Part shown: positions 18,710-64,000 of the stretch, piece by piece
Layout: each line of letters opens with the position of its first letter
Position numbering within the stretch: position 1 is the stretch's first letter
Source of the DNA: an uncultured Acidobacteriota bacterium
Lineage (GTDB): Bacteria; Acidobacteriota; Thermoanaerobaculia; Multivoradales; UBA5704
DNA length: 64,000 bases
NCBI GenBank assembly: GCA_963770895.1
Contig: CAVYRF010000002.1
Coordinates: 2,144,001-2,208,000 of the forward strand
Reading direction: 5' to 3'
The notes under the pieces: model-generated
What the model was told of the DNA's origin: nothing
Database searches by the model: none
What the model saw: only the letters and a program-made list of their open reading frames with translations
Position numbers and translations under genes: made by a program

Positions 18710-19357
18710 CTACTTGCGCAGCAGTTTGAAGGCGTGGTTGCGGGAGCCGGTGAGGATGCTCTCGAGCACCCAGACGACGCACATCGGCTCGAGCAGGCGG
18801 GCGCTCTCGATACCGCCGAGATCGACCACGCTCGGCCAGCCGAGCTGGCCGCAGATCTCGGTGACGGTGCGCTTCGCCCCTGCGTCGTTGCCGCAGAGGA
18901 ACATGTCCGGCGGGCCGCCGGGGAAATCGGGGTTGACCATATGGTCGACGCCGACGGCATTGAACGCCTTGACGACGTGCGATCCCGGCAGCCAGCGCTG
19001 CACCTGTTCGCCGGCCGAATCGGTGTGACCGAGCGCCAGGCCCGGTGGCTTGCCGGGCGCGAAGACCAGCGGGTTCATCACGTCGATCACCACCTTGCCG
19101 TCGAGGTTCTCGACCCCGGCGAGGTCGATAGCGCTCTGCGCGCCGTTCCAGGAGGCCGCGAGAAGCGCCAAATCGGCGAACTCCGCGGCCGCCGCGAACG
19201 TGCCGGCCGACGCCCGGGCGCCGCCCTTTTTGACCCACTCCTGCACTTCAGGCTTCTGCGGCTCGCGCGTACCAAGTTTCACCTCGTGCCCGGCGGCGAG
19301 GAACCCGCCGGCGAGCGTCTGCCCGACATTGCCCGAACCCAGGACGCCAATCTTCAT
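18710..19357 (-). CDS. NADPH-dependent F420 reductase family (F420_oxidored) oxidoreductase
   Basis: MKIGVLGSGNVG, KVVIDVMNP, SAGEQVQ, VVKAFN, CGNDAGAK, DLGGIESARLLE. Confidence 0.88.
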   Translation of the reverse strand: MKIGVLGSGNVGQTLAGGFLAAGHEVKLGTREPQKPEVQEWVKKGGARASAGTFAAAAEFADLALLAASWNGAQSAIDLAGVENLDGKVVIDVMNPLVFAPGKPPGLALGHTDSAGEQVQRWLPGSHVVKAFNAVGVDHMVNPDFPGGPPDMFLCGNDAGAKRTVTEICGQLGWPSVVDLGGIESARLLEPMCVVWVLESILTGSRNHAFKLLRK

Positions 19358-19507
19358 CGTCAGCTCCTTCAGAGGTCAAAGCGGTCCCGGCGGCGGGCGC
19401 ACCAGCGAACCCGCGCCCCAGGACAGACCGCCAGCCCATCATGGCATAGCGGCAGCCAGCCCCACGGCTGGTCGAATTCCGCGCGCTAAGCGGAGGGGCG
19501 CGTCGCT

Positions 19508-19906
19508 TCAGCAGGTGCTGTCGGGGCAGCCGAAGGTGGCGTAGCCCGAGACCTCGTAACCACCAGTCGACAATGGGTGGCAGGCGACGGTCGTGAAGAT
19601 GGTGACGTGGCACGCCAAGTTGCCGCAGTCCGACGAAGCAAAGGAGTGGAGCTGCTGGCTCAGGTCAGTGCTGGCGGTCGCGCAGGTGTCTCCGGCGGCG
19701 GGCACCGTCGGCGTCGTTCCGCCGCCTGCCATGTCGCAATAGGCACCGCACTTGGGCGCCACCGTCGCGGCGAGGGACGCAGCAAGGAAGAACTCCTTTA
19801 GCGAGTCTTGCTGGAAGCAGGCTCGAACCGGCTCGGCCGAAGCGGTGAAGATGGGAGCCAAACCGATGATGGCGGCGAGCGGCAGCAGCAGGCGAAGCTT
19901 AGACAT
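19508..19906 (-). CDS. Secreted cysteine-rich small protein
   Basis: GGAGG RBS; signal peptide MSKLRLLLPLAAIIGLAPIFTASA; 9 Cys, ends GYATFGCPDSTC. Confidence 0.75.
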   Translation of the reverse strand: MSKLRLLLPLAAIIGLAPIFTASAEPVRACFQQDSLKEFFLAASLAATVAPKCGAYCDMAGGGTTPTVPAAGDTCATASTDLSQQLHSFASSDCGNLACHVTIFTTVACHPLSTGGYEVSGYATFGCPDSTC

Positions 19907-20147
19907 TGGGCCTCCGATCTCCGGCACCGAGAGCCGGGACATATGTTTACTTCCACATGCGCGGCAGAAACTTATCAACTTATATCGTATCTCATGGTCA
20001 ACTCGATCGAGAAAAGGAGTGCCAACTGGCCACCAGGGGCGGGAGTAGGGCGGCGCCATCACACCCTGGTACGACAGCACCTGCGCTTCCGCGTGGGTAC
20101 TCGCGCCTGCCCATGGCGCTCCTCAGCCCGGCACGACGTTTCGGTCC

Positions 20148-20204
20148 GCCCCCCGGGGCCCAATCGCGGTCGCGCCGCCAGGCGCGCCGCGATTGGGGCA
20201 ACCC
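20148..20204 (+). repeat. REP-like hairpin, copy B
   Basis: GCCCAATCGCGG-T-CGCGCC-GCCA-GGCGCG-CCGCGATTGGGGC-AACCC. Confidence 0.75.
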
Positions 20205-20253
20205 AACGAGCCCGATCGGTGCGAGATGCGTGCGCGAGGGGCACGGCAGCCAT

Positions 20254-20437
20254 CATTGCGATCGGGGGTCGAAGCTGGCGATCGACGCGCGGGTCGTGGT
20301 CGAGCTGGTCAAGCAGTTCGCGGCGGATGGGTTGCCCCGACCGCGACGCGCCTGTCGGCGCGTGCGCGATCGGGCCGCGGGGGCGCGGGGGAGCGTCTTG
20401 CCAAACGCGATGCGCCGTAGCCGCGGGCACCGAAACC
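20254..20437. repeat. ~185-bp direct repeat, copy 1 (contains REP-like copy C on the minus strand, 20329-20385)
   Basis: Aligns with 21080-21264 from CATTGCGATCG to GGGCAC.GAAACC with scattered substitutions and one indel. Confidence 0.85.
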
Positions 20438-20465
20438 TGATCAGGTCACTGCAACCTTTCGCTTG

Positions 20466-20810
20466 TCACTGCTTCGGCTTCCACAAGCCAACGGTGTTGC
20501 CTTCGAGGTCCTGGAACCAGGCGAAAGTGCCCGTCGGAATATCCACCGGCGGGACAAGGGTCTTCGCGCCGAGCGCATTGGCCTTTTGCAGCGCGGCGGC
20601 GACGTCGTCGACGCCGACATAGAAAATCGTGTAGTGATGCGGTTCGTGGCCGAGCGCGGTGATGTGCCCCGTGATGCCGCCGGCTTCTGCCGCGATCATC
20701 GCCGCCGGACCCATGGCGTCGATCTTCCAGTCGAAGAGCTGCTGGTAGAATTCCTGCGTCTTCGCCAAATCCTTGCAACCGATCTCAAAATGCACCACCG
20801 CATGGGCCAT
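20466..20810 (-). CDS. VOC/glyoxalase family protein
   Basis: AGGAG RBS; MAHAVVHFEI..QEFYQQLFDW..FYVGVDDV..GTFAWFQDLEGNTVGLW. Confidence 0.9.
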   Translation of the reverse strand: MAHAVVHFEIGCKDLAKTQEFYQQLFDWKIDAMGPAAMIAAEAGGITGHITALGHEPHHYTIFYVGVDDVAAALQKANALGAKTLVPPVDIPTGTFAWFQDLEGNTVGLWKPKQ

Positions 20811-20878
20811 CTGGTTCTCCTGGTTCTTGCGCGTTGGAAGCCGAACACGACGCTGCCGCGGAAGCTGCTCATCGTAAC

Positions 20879-20904
20879 CGACCTGGTATTCCATCACCAG
20901 GTCG
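20879..20904. promoter_or_regulatory. Inverted repeat upstream of the VOC gene, possible operator
   Basis: CGACCTGGT-N8-ACCAGGTCG, perfect 9-bp arms; a second hairpin CGCTTGAC-TCGC-GTCAAGCG lies at 20933-20952. Confidence 0.4.
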
Positions 20905-21079
20905 TTTTAAATTACATGCGGCTGCGCTATATCGCTTGACTCGCGTCAAGCGTCGAGCCAGCGGCGGAGCTGCAGCGGCCGGAGCGCGCAAATGCAGTGC
21001 AGGCGGTGCGCACAGGCGTGGCCGCGGCAGCGCAGGCCGAGACGGCGGGCCGAAACCTTGTCGCTCGCGCGGTAGCTAC

Positions 21080-21264
21080 CATTGCGATCGAGAGGGCGAC
21101 GCTGGCGGTCGCTGCGCGGGCCGTGGTCGAGCTGGTCAAGCAGTGCGCGCCGGGTGGGTTGCCCCGACCGCGACGCGCCTGTCGGCGCGTGCGCGACCGG
21201 GCCCGGGGGGTGCGCGGGAGCGTCTTGCCAAGCGCGATGCGCCGTAGCCGTGGGCACTGAAACC
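21080..21264. repeat. ~185-bp direct repeat, copy 2 (contains REP-like copy D on the minus strand, 21156-21210)
   Basis: Aligns with 20254-20437. Confidence 0.85.
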
Positions 21265-21379
21265 CTAACGCAGCTGCGAGAAACTGTTCCTCGGCCATGA
21301 GACGCCCTGCGGGCAAAGGCATGGTCGCTTGTTCATGGGCTCTAGCCATGTCGAGGACTCCGCAGCCTGGAGTCGAACG

Positions 21380-21905
21380 CCTGAGGAAGCGGACGGACCG
21401 TTCGACTCGCCCCTTTTCGTTGCTGGCTCGGATGTGGCAGGGGCGGGCTTCGAAACCATACGTGCCGGCGAGCTCCAGGTAGCGCGGATGAAAGCGGATC
21501 TGGTCGCCATGGCGTTCGAGCACGACCGAGCGGAGATTGTCGCTGGCGACGGCACGCGGCACCCCGCCGAAGTGCTCGAAGGCGGCGATATGGCCGCAGA
21601 GGAATTGGGCGAGCGCCGGGTCGAAGAAAAACTCGACATAGAGCGCCCGCGAATAGACGAGCGTCAGGAGGAAGGCCGACAGTCGCCGCCGCGCCCGACC
21701 TACCAGGACGCCGCCGAAGTCGGCCCAATCGACCTGCGCCGCCTCGCCCGGCAGGCTCGACAACCGGGTAAAAACCCGCCGGGGCGGCGCCGGGCGCAGC
21801 TCGCGCACCACCCGTCGCAGCTGCGACACGCCGCCCCGGAAGCCGCGCTCGCGCAGCATGCGGTGCGCCACCGTGGCGCACAGCCGGGCGAGCTTCCTTT
21901 CGTGG
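21380..21905 (-). mobile_element. istA: IS21 family transposase (IstA) internal fragment
   Basis: LRERGFRGG, PGEAAQVDWADFG, LVYSRA, FGGVP...SDNL, PCHIRASNEKGRVERSVRFLR; no start, no C-terminal part, no istB. Confidence 0.85.
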
Positions 21906-21912
21906 CCTAGGT

Positions 21913-23187
21913 CTAAGGCGCCGTCGCCCTGAAGCCCTTCACGACGAACTGGGATTCGGGGCGGGTCCAGCTGGAGCCGTTCGACCAGTTGATGGTGCCG
22001 ACCTCGCCGATAGATTCGATGCGGTGGATGCCTGTGGACCCCGCCGGTCTCGCCAGCGTGCCCGTGTAGGTGGCGTCGTCGGGAAACGCCACGGTGATGG
22101 TGGAGCTGTCGAGAATGGTACCGATGGCGGTCGGACGGTTGTAGGCGGACATGTCGATCGAGAGGTTGACGCCGGCCACCGTGATGACGGGGCCGACGAC
22201 ACCCCCACCCTGCCATTGTCCAGCGAGGATGATGACCGTTGCGATGAACGGCCGCGGACGGAAACAGGTGAGGACGCCGTTCTTGGCGTCGTAGGCGCAG
22301 ATACTTTCGACGGTGACTTCTCCCAGCACGAGCGGCGTGCAGTCGCCGGCCGTGATGAACTGCCATGAGGTGCTCCAGGCGGTCCCGAGGCTGGCCTCCA
22401 ACAGGCTCATGCCGCCGGCGCCGTCGGTCGCGTAGAGCTCCGTGTACCCCGTGTCCGCCTCGTAGAAAAGCAGGTTCTCGGTGATGTTGTCGACGAGGAA
22501 ATTTCCCGCCACGATCTGCTGCCAGGTTGTCCTCAAGCCTTCCTGGCGCCGGAGCGGCGTCAGGACCCCGTTGGCGTCGCATTGATAGAAATCCCCGGTG
22601 CCGGCCTGTTGATCGTAGCAAAACAGGTCGTCGTTTCCCTGCGAGTGGAACATGCCCGGGACGATCGCCGTCCAGGTGTTGGGCAAGCCCGAGTTCGACT
22701 GGATCAGATCCATGCCCCCGGCGTAGACGCGATGGAATTCGACCACTCCGGCAGACGCGTCATAGAAGAGCACGTTCGCAAGCCCGAACTCGCCCGCCAC
22801 CATGAGCGTCCATTTCGGAGCCCAATCGGTGAACTGCTCCGCCGGTTGAAAGGCGCCGGTTGCCGCATCGATCACGTCGAGCTCGCCAGCGCCTGCGGCG
22901 GCATTGTAGCCAAGCGGCCCGGCGGGCAGAGCGGCGAACTGATTCCACACCTTCTGATAGAACCGGCTGGTGAAGAGTACCGCGGGGTTCGCCACCGGAA
23001 TATTGGCGTTCGCGGTGTTCAGCCTGATCTTGAACAGAGAAGCCGTAAGGTTTTGGCTGTCGTACAAGAGAAGGTCGTCGAGACCTGCGGTGTCCAGATC
23101 CGAGTCAAGATAGGGCCGCAAGGCTGCCTGCGTCCACGACCCTGTAAAGGGTTGCGATGTCCATTCGACGAGCTCGATTCCGGCCAT
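21913..23187 (-). CDS. FG-GAP/VCBS-like repeat beta-propeller protein with a small C-terminal beta domain
   Basis: GGAGG RBS; repeated DLL(F)YD..G.G.FY..D..G...L....W..IV.G.F units; C-terminal IDMSAYNRPTA.GTI..ITVAFPDD.TYTG..INWSNGSSWT. Confidence 0.7.
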   Translation of the reverse strand: MAGIELVEWTSQPFTGSWTQAALRPYLDSDLDTAGLDDLLLYDSQNLTASLFKIRLNTANANIPVANPAVLFTSRFYQKVWNQFAALPAGPLGYNAAAGAGELDVIDAATGAFQPAEQFTDWAPKWTLMVAGEFGLANVLFYDASAGVVEFHRVYAGGMDLIQSNSGLPNTWTAIVPGMFHSQGNDDLFCYDQQAGTGDFYQCDANGVLTPLRRQEGLRTTWQQIVAGNFLVDNITENLLFYEADTGYTELYATDGAGGMSLLEASLGTAWSTSWQFITAGDCTPLVLGEVTVESICAYDAKNGVLTCFRPRPFIATVIILAGQWQGGGVVGPVITVAGVNLSIDMSAYNRPTAIGTILDSSTITVAFPDDATYTGTLARPAGSTGIHRIESIGEVGTINWSNGSSWTRPESQFVVKGFRATAP

Positions 23188-23344
23188 GATCGTTCCTCCC
23201 CCGGGGACTGTTCACTCCATGTCAGCCACGGAGCGCCATCACCTCATGCACAAGAGAACGACGCGAGGAGCGGAATCCTCTCTCCTCCTCGGGGAGCAGC
23301 CCGGCGGCGGGCTCGATCGTCGAGATCGTTTGGGATCACGTCGG

Positions 23345-23640
23345 AGACGGCCGGACGCGCGGCCACGCCCGCGACGGCTCTCCGAGACGAGCACCAATCT
23401 GGTCCACCGCCAGCAGGTAGTCGGCCAACACCGCCCGCTCCGTGGCGTGGTTCTGCGGATGGCGGCCAGCCGGGAGGCTCGGCTCGCGGAGAGAGCACGC
23501 CGCCCGTCGCCCAGGCCGCGGCAGCGGGAGAGGATGGGCAACCTTGAGCGGGTCCGCGAGGCAGTGTGCTGGCCGCGTCGCAGGAGGAGGGCGAGGAGCT
23601 GGGCATCGGTCAGAGTCGGGATGCGCGAGGCCCCTCGCTG
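23345..23640 (-). pseudogene. Degenerate IS110-like transposase remnant
   Basis: Frameshifted fragments TDAQLLALLLRRGQ, RTRSRL and HATERAVLADYLLAVDQIGARL resemble the IS110 central region; recognition is from memory only. Confidence 0.4.
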
Positions 23641-24538
23641 ACAAAGCTGTATGCGCCAGCGCACTTCGACCCCGTACTCAAGCGTCATGACCTGCCCCAA
23701 CACCAAAGCTCCCGACCATGGTAGGCTCTTCCACCCTAACGACAGCGAAGCGGCGCTTGCGTTCGGTCTCCGGCGCCGGATGACTGCAACGATGGTTGCG
23801 CAGGGGCTGCGTCCGCGGATTTGCTGCCCCTCACACCCGCACCCGCTATCGTTTGAAGGTCCAGAATTCTGGGAGTAGCCGAAAGGTGCGGCCGCGAAAG
23901 GCGGCGAGGAGGAGCGCGGTGGGCGCGGTGCGGCGGCAGGGCCGCGGAGACGCCGGTCGCCTCGGGGTGGTGGCGTCGTCGTCTAGCAAGGCGATTGGAC
24001 GACTGATGCCCGCCGCTGCGGACGCCGTGATCACCAGTCGGTCCAGGCGCCCTTCTGCCGCTGGGCCAATTGCCGCCTCCGCTCGGCCGGCGTGGCGTAC
24101 ACCCGCGGCGGCGTTTTCCGCGGACGCCTGTTGAAGTAGCCGTCGGCCGAGCGGCCCGCCGGCGCAGAGATCCGGGCCGGCCTGTTCGCCGTGGAGGCGC
24201 GCTCGCGCAGCGCATCAGCCTCATCTCATGAAACCAAAGGCACTTACGCGCGCCGGACCCCGTAATCGCCCGGAGCGTCGCACAGCAGCCAGCATCATCT
24301 TCCGCTCGGTCGGCTGCTGCGGTGGGCGTTGCCGCACCCGCAACACGGTCCAGGTGAGCACTCGCAAAGGGTCTGCTGTGCCGCCGCAGCGAACTCCTCT
24401 CCACCGCGCTCCTCGACCCTGCTGTTAGGCTATAGAATTGTGAACCGGAAAGCTTGAAGTCCCTGGCGCCGCTTCCATGGTGGCCAGCAGGGGTGCCGGG
24501 AAGGCCTGGCCCATTTCCGGGGAAGAGGCTTGAGAGCG

Positions 24539-25927
24539 ATGCTTACGCGACTGAGAGTCAACGGCTTCAAGAACCTCGTCGAGGTGGATCTGCGGTTTGG
24601 TCCCTTCACTTGCATCGCCGGCGTAAACGGCGTTGGAAAGTCCAATCTCTTCGACGTGATCGGCTTCCTGGCAGCACTATCTGAGAAGACCTTGCTCGAT
24701 GCGGCACTGTCCGTTCGCAGTGAGGGGAGTAAGACTTCGGACCTGCGTGGCATTTTTAATCGGGTGGGCGATCGCTATTCCGACGAGATCTCCCTGGATG
24801 CGGAGATGCTTGTATCAGATTCAGGCGTTGACGACCTTGGGCAGGAGGCCAGAGCCGCAATCACCTTCCTGAGCTACGGCTTGACAATCGGCCTTGAAGG
24901 CTCCGGCTTGGCAATTCGCAGGGAGGAGCTTAAGCACATCACCGTCGGCGAAGCCAAAAAGAACCTGCTATTCCCCCATACCCAAAGCTGGCGGAAGTCG
25001 GTTGTCACGGGGCGCCGCGCAAGCCCATTCATCTCGACGGAGCGCTCAGGAAGCTCGACGATCATCAAGCTTCACCAAGACGTGGGCAAGAATTACAAAG
25101 GAGGAGGACGTCCTCACACCTATGTAGCTGGACGCCTGCCTCGTACAGTATTATCTGAGGCGAATTCCTCGGATAGCGCGACTGCAGTCCTCGCTCGCCG
25201 CGAGATGCAATCGTGGAGACTGTTGCAGCTCGAGCCTTCTGGGCTACGTCAGCCTGACCGCTTCATCGCACCGCGGTCGATCGCCCGCAACGGCGCCCAC
25301 CTGCCGGCGACGCTAGCTCGTCTTGCTCACCTCAACATTGTTCCCGGCATAGCTTCGCCTGCCAGCTCTCACGGCGACTTGCCGGACCACGCGGCAACTG
25401 TCTATGCGCGAGTTGCCAATCGGCTTTCTGAGCTCATCGAGGACGCCCGATCGGTGCGGGTCGTAGTTGACGACCGACGTGAGCTATTAAGCCTATTGCT
25501 GACTGAGCGTAACGGGACCGAGCACGAGGCGCAATCTCTCTCCGACGGTACGCTCCGCTTTCTGGCATTGGCAATTCTTGAGACCGACTCTGATGCGAAA
25601 GGTGTTTTGTGCCTGGAAGAGCCAGAAAATGGGATTCATCCTCGCCGGGTACCGGCAATGCTGCGCTTGCTACAGGACTTGGCCGTCGATCCCCAAGTGC
25701 CGGTAAGCATGGAAAATCCACTGCGCCAAGTCATCGTCAATACCCATTCGCCGGCTGTGGCGGCACAAGTTCCCGAGGATTGCCTGCTCGTCGGCGTCCA
25801 GCATGCCGTCGAGAAGGAGGGCCGCCGCGCCAACACCGTCGCCTTTCATTCGTTGCCCGGCACCTGGCGGGCGCGAGAAGCTTCCGGGCTGGCACCGATT
25901 GCAATGGGAGAAGTCGCAATGGGCTGA
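24539..25927 (+). CDS. ABC/AAA_21-type ATPase, C-terminus probably truncated
   Basis: GFKNL, Walker A GVNGVGKSN, signature LSDGTLRFLA, Walker B LCLEEPENGIHP, H-loop NTHSP; visibly lower GC than flanks. Confidence 0.88.
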   Translation: MLTRLRVNGFKNLVEVDLRFGPFTCIAGVNGVGKSNLFDVIGFLAALSEKTLLDAALSVRSEGSKTSDLRGIFNRVGDRYSDEISLDAEMLVSDSGVDDLGQEARAAITFLSYGLTIGLEGSGLAIRREELKHITVGEAKKNLLFPHTQSWRKSVVTGRRASPFISTERSGSSTIIKLHQDVGKNYKGGGRPHTYVAGRLPRTVLSEANSSDSATAVLARREMQSWRLLQLEPSGLRQPDRFIAPRSIARNGAHLPATLARLAHLNIVPGIASPASSHGDLPDHAATVYARVANRLSELIEDARSVRVVVDDRRELLSLLLTERNGTEHEAQSLSDGTLRFLALAILETDSDAKGVLCLEEPENGIHPRRVPAMLRLLQDLAVDPQVPVSMENPLRQVIVNTHSPAVAAQVPEDCLLVGVQHAVEKEGRRANTVAFHSLPGTWRAREASGLAPIAMGEVAMG

Positions 25928-26432
25928 TCTGCGCGCCCTTCGGTCACCGCCAAGGAGCCTGCGAGACAGGGTGCAGACCGCGGTTCAATTGTATCCGTGC
26001 GACCTTCTGTTCATTCACCGAGATGCAGAGAGCATGTCCCTTGATTCGCGCAGGGCTGAAATACGCGGACAGTTGGATGAGCGGACGGGGCCGCCCGTGA
26101 TTTGCGTCATCCCCGTTCGCATGCAGGAGGCATGGTTTCTTTTTAATGAAAATGCGATTCGTGAGGCTGCGGGCAATCCCCGCGGAAGGGTGCCCCTCGA
26201 CTTGCCCAGGCTGGATGAAATCGAGTCGCATCCCGACCCTAAGGGGGTCATCCATGGTTGCCTGCGCAGCGCAAGCGGGTTGCCGCCCCGGCGCGGTTTC
26301 AAGGTGGCTACCGCGTTCCAGCGACTGGCAGGGTTGATTGACGATTTCACGCCGCTGCGCAGCTTGGCCGCTTTTCAGGTCTTGGAGGCAGCGGTCGAGC
26401 GCGTCCTCGATGAGCGATCCTGGCGGGACTGA
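25912..26432 (+). pseudogene. DUF4276-like (TOPRIM-like) protein lacking its N-terminus
   Basis: SQWADL..PCDLLFIHRDAE..VIPVRMQEAWFL..AIREAAGNP..PDPK..LAAFQ; no start codon/RBS or N-terminal acidic motif upstream of SQWADL. Confidence 0.6.
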
Positions 26433-26458
26433 TCTTCCAGGCAGTCGAAGGAATGCGC

Positions 26459-27343
26459 TCAGGTCCGTTCGAATGCCAGGTATGCCCAGGCGAGGTGCCG
26501 CGTCCAGTTCTGGCGGTGCGGGCAGAGGACGCGCAGGCGGAAGGCGCCGGCCGGAAATTGGCGTGCGACGCCCCAACTGGTCGCGTAGAGGTGGGCCACG
26601 TTGTAGTCTGCATGGCCGTAGACACGTTGGGCGACGAAGCGCTGCAGCGGGTCGGGCAGGAGGGCGAGCCCTGGGATTCCGTAGTGCGGATCGCGCTGCC
26701 GGGCGAACTTGAGGCGCGGCGGCGTCGAGACCAGGCAGACGCCGCCCGGCCGCAGCACCCGAGCGATCTCGCTTCCCGTCTGCCGGGGCTCTGCCAGATG
26801 CTCGATGACCTCCGCCATGATCACCACGTCCACGCTGCGTGGTGCGAGCGGCAGTGCCGCCCCATCGCCCAGCAGATGCAGCACCGAAAGGCCCGCCGCA
26901 CGCCGGAATGCCACCAAGTCGCGGTCGAGGTAGACATCGAGCGCCACGAGCCGCGCGCCGGCGCGCTCGCCGAACGGAAACAGCATGCCGCCGTTGCCGC
27001 TCCCCAGGTCCAGGACGGTCAGGTGGGGCCGCGCCATCAGCCGCGGAAACTCGCGCCCCAGGAGCGCCACGCTGCGCTCTCCTTCGTCGTAGCGCGACAA
27101 CGCAAAGCGCAGCCGGCTTGCCGCCAGATCGTCGGCCGTGCCGCGCCGGTCGCCGCCGCGGATGATGCTTTCGAACAGGTCCCGGTGCCGTGCCAATGCC
27201 ACCCCGTCAGGAGCGGCTGGAGTATATCCGCGGGCGGGCGGGCCCATGGACAGGCCCTGGTCGAACTGGTGGACTTTTGGCCCGCCGCGGCGTTTGGCGA
27301 CACTACTCTCTTGCGGCGTCTCCCAGGCGGCGCCGGGACGCAC
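26459..27343 (-). CDS. Class I SAM-dependent methyltransferase, divergent from the NRPS
   Basis: VLDLGSGNGG, GDGAALPL, DVVIMAEVIEHL, RVLRPGG; start uncertain (ATG at 27248 possible). Confidence 0.85.
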   Translation of the reverse strand: MRPGAAWETPQESSVAKRRGGPKVHQFDQGLSMGPPARGYTPAAPDGVALARHRDLFESIIRGGDRRGTADDLAASRLRFALSRYDEGERSVALLGREFPRLMARPHLTVLDLGSGNGGMLFPFGERAGARLVALDVYLDRDLVAFRRAAGLSVLHLLGDGAALPLAPRSVDVVIMAEVIEHLAEPRQTGSEIARVLRPGGVCLVSTPPRLKFARQRDPHYGIPGLALLPDPLQRFVAQRVYGHADYNVAHLYATSWGVARQFPAGAFRLRVLCPHRQNWTRHLAWAYLAFERT

Positions 27344-27438
27344 TCCGTCCTATACAGGACGCTCAGTGTACGCCGTGAAGAGCCAGCTTTAACTGAAGTT
27401 CAAATGCGCGCAGGTAGGGGCCGTGATTTTAGAATATC

Positions 27439-64000
<36,562 letters not shown>

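Noticed and set aside
18071-21264. CRISPR array interpretation of the repeats
   Set aside because: Irregular spacing, mixed orientation, units too long, and no cas genes
20927-22621. 564-aa ORF as a full-length IS21 transposase
   Set aside because: Only about 175 aa resemble IstA; the rest is off-frame overlap with the propeller gene and the repeat region
23734-23801. attC-like site (CCCTAAC...GTT), with isolated core-like motifs near 21263 and 24424
   Set aside because: The arms pair poorly, there is no regular cassette array and no integron integrase; an IntegronFinder local-max hit would be needed to revive it
23810-24430. Short overlapping ORFs in this gap
   Set aside because: No recognisable motifs, RBS or consistent codon bias; probably decayed or non-coding DNA

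Overview
This is a GC-rich bacterial window. It is most likely from Acidobacteriota, class Thermoanaerobaculia, inferred from a secreted-protein C-terminal domain, an IPTL-CTERM protein and a KLxLNRETL peptide. The left 27 kb is accessory DNA: a FitAB/VapBC toxin-antitoxin pair with a palindromic operator, an FHA-GAF-PP2C phosphatase, a GMC oxidoreductase, several Cys-rich secreted proteins, and an amino-sugar/glycosyltransferase cluster with GT-C-like membrane proteins. It also holds an unannotated 57-aa lanthipeptide-like precursor, four covarying REP-like hairpins, IS21 and IS110 remnants, and an apparently deletion-damaged ATPase/DUF4276 pair. The right 36.5 kb (27439 to the window end) is one giant NRPS gene of at least 11 C-A-T modules and more than 12,000 aa. 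It is split once by a 1-bp frameshift in a G run near 32151 and is otherwise open to the edge of the window, so the ORF track misses most of it. Hand-read specificity codes suggest Ser-Thr-Arg/basic-Ile-Ile-Ile-Ser-Ile-(acidic, possibly iso-linked)-Ser-Cys. Module 11 has a methyltransferase inserted between motifs a2 and a3 (TioN-like, probably S-methyl-Cys). All calls come from motif reading by eye; no searches were run.
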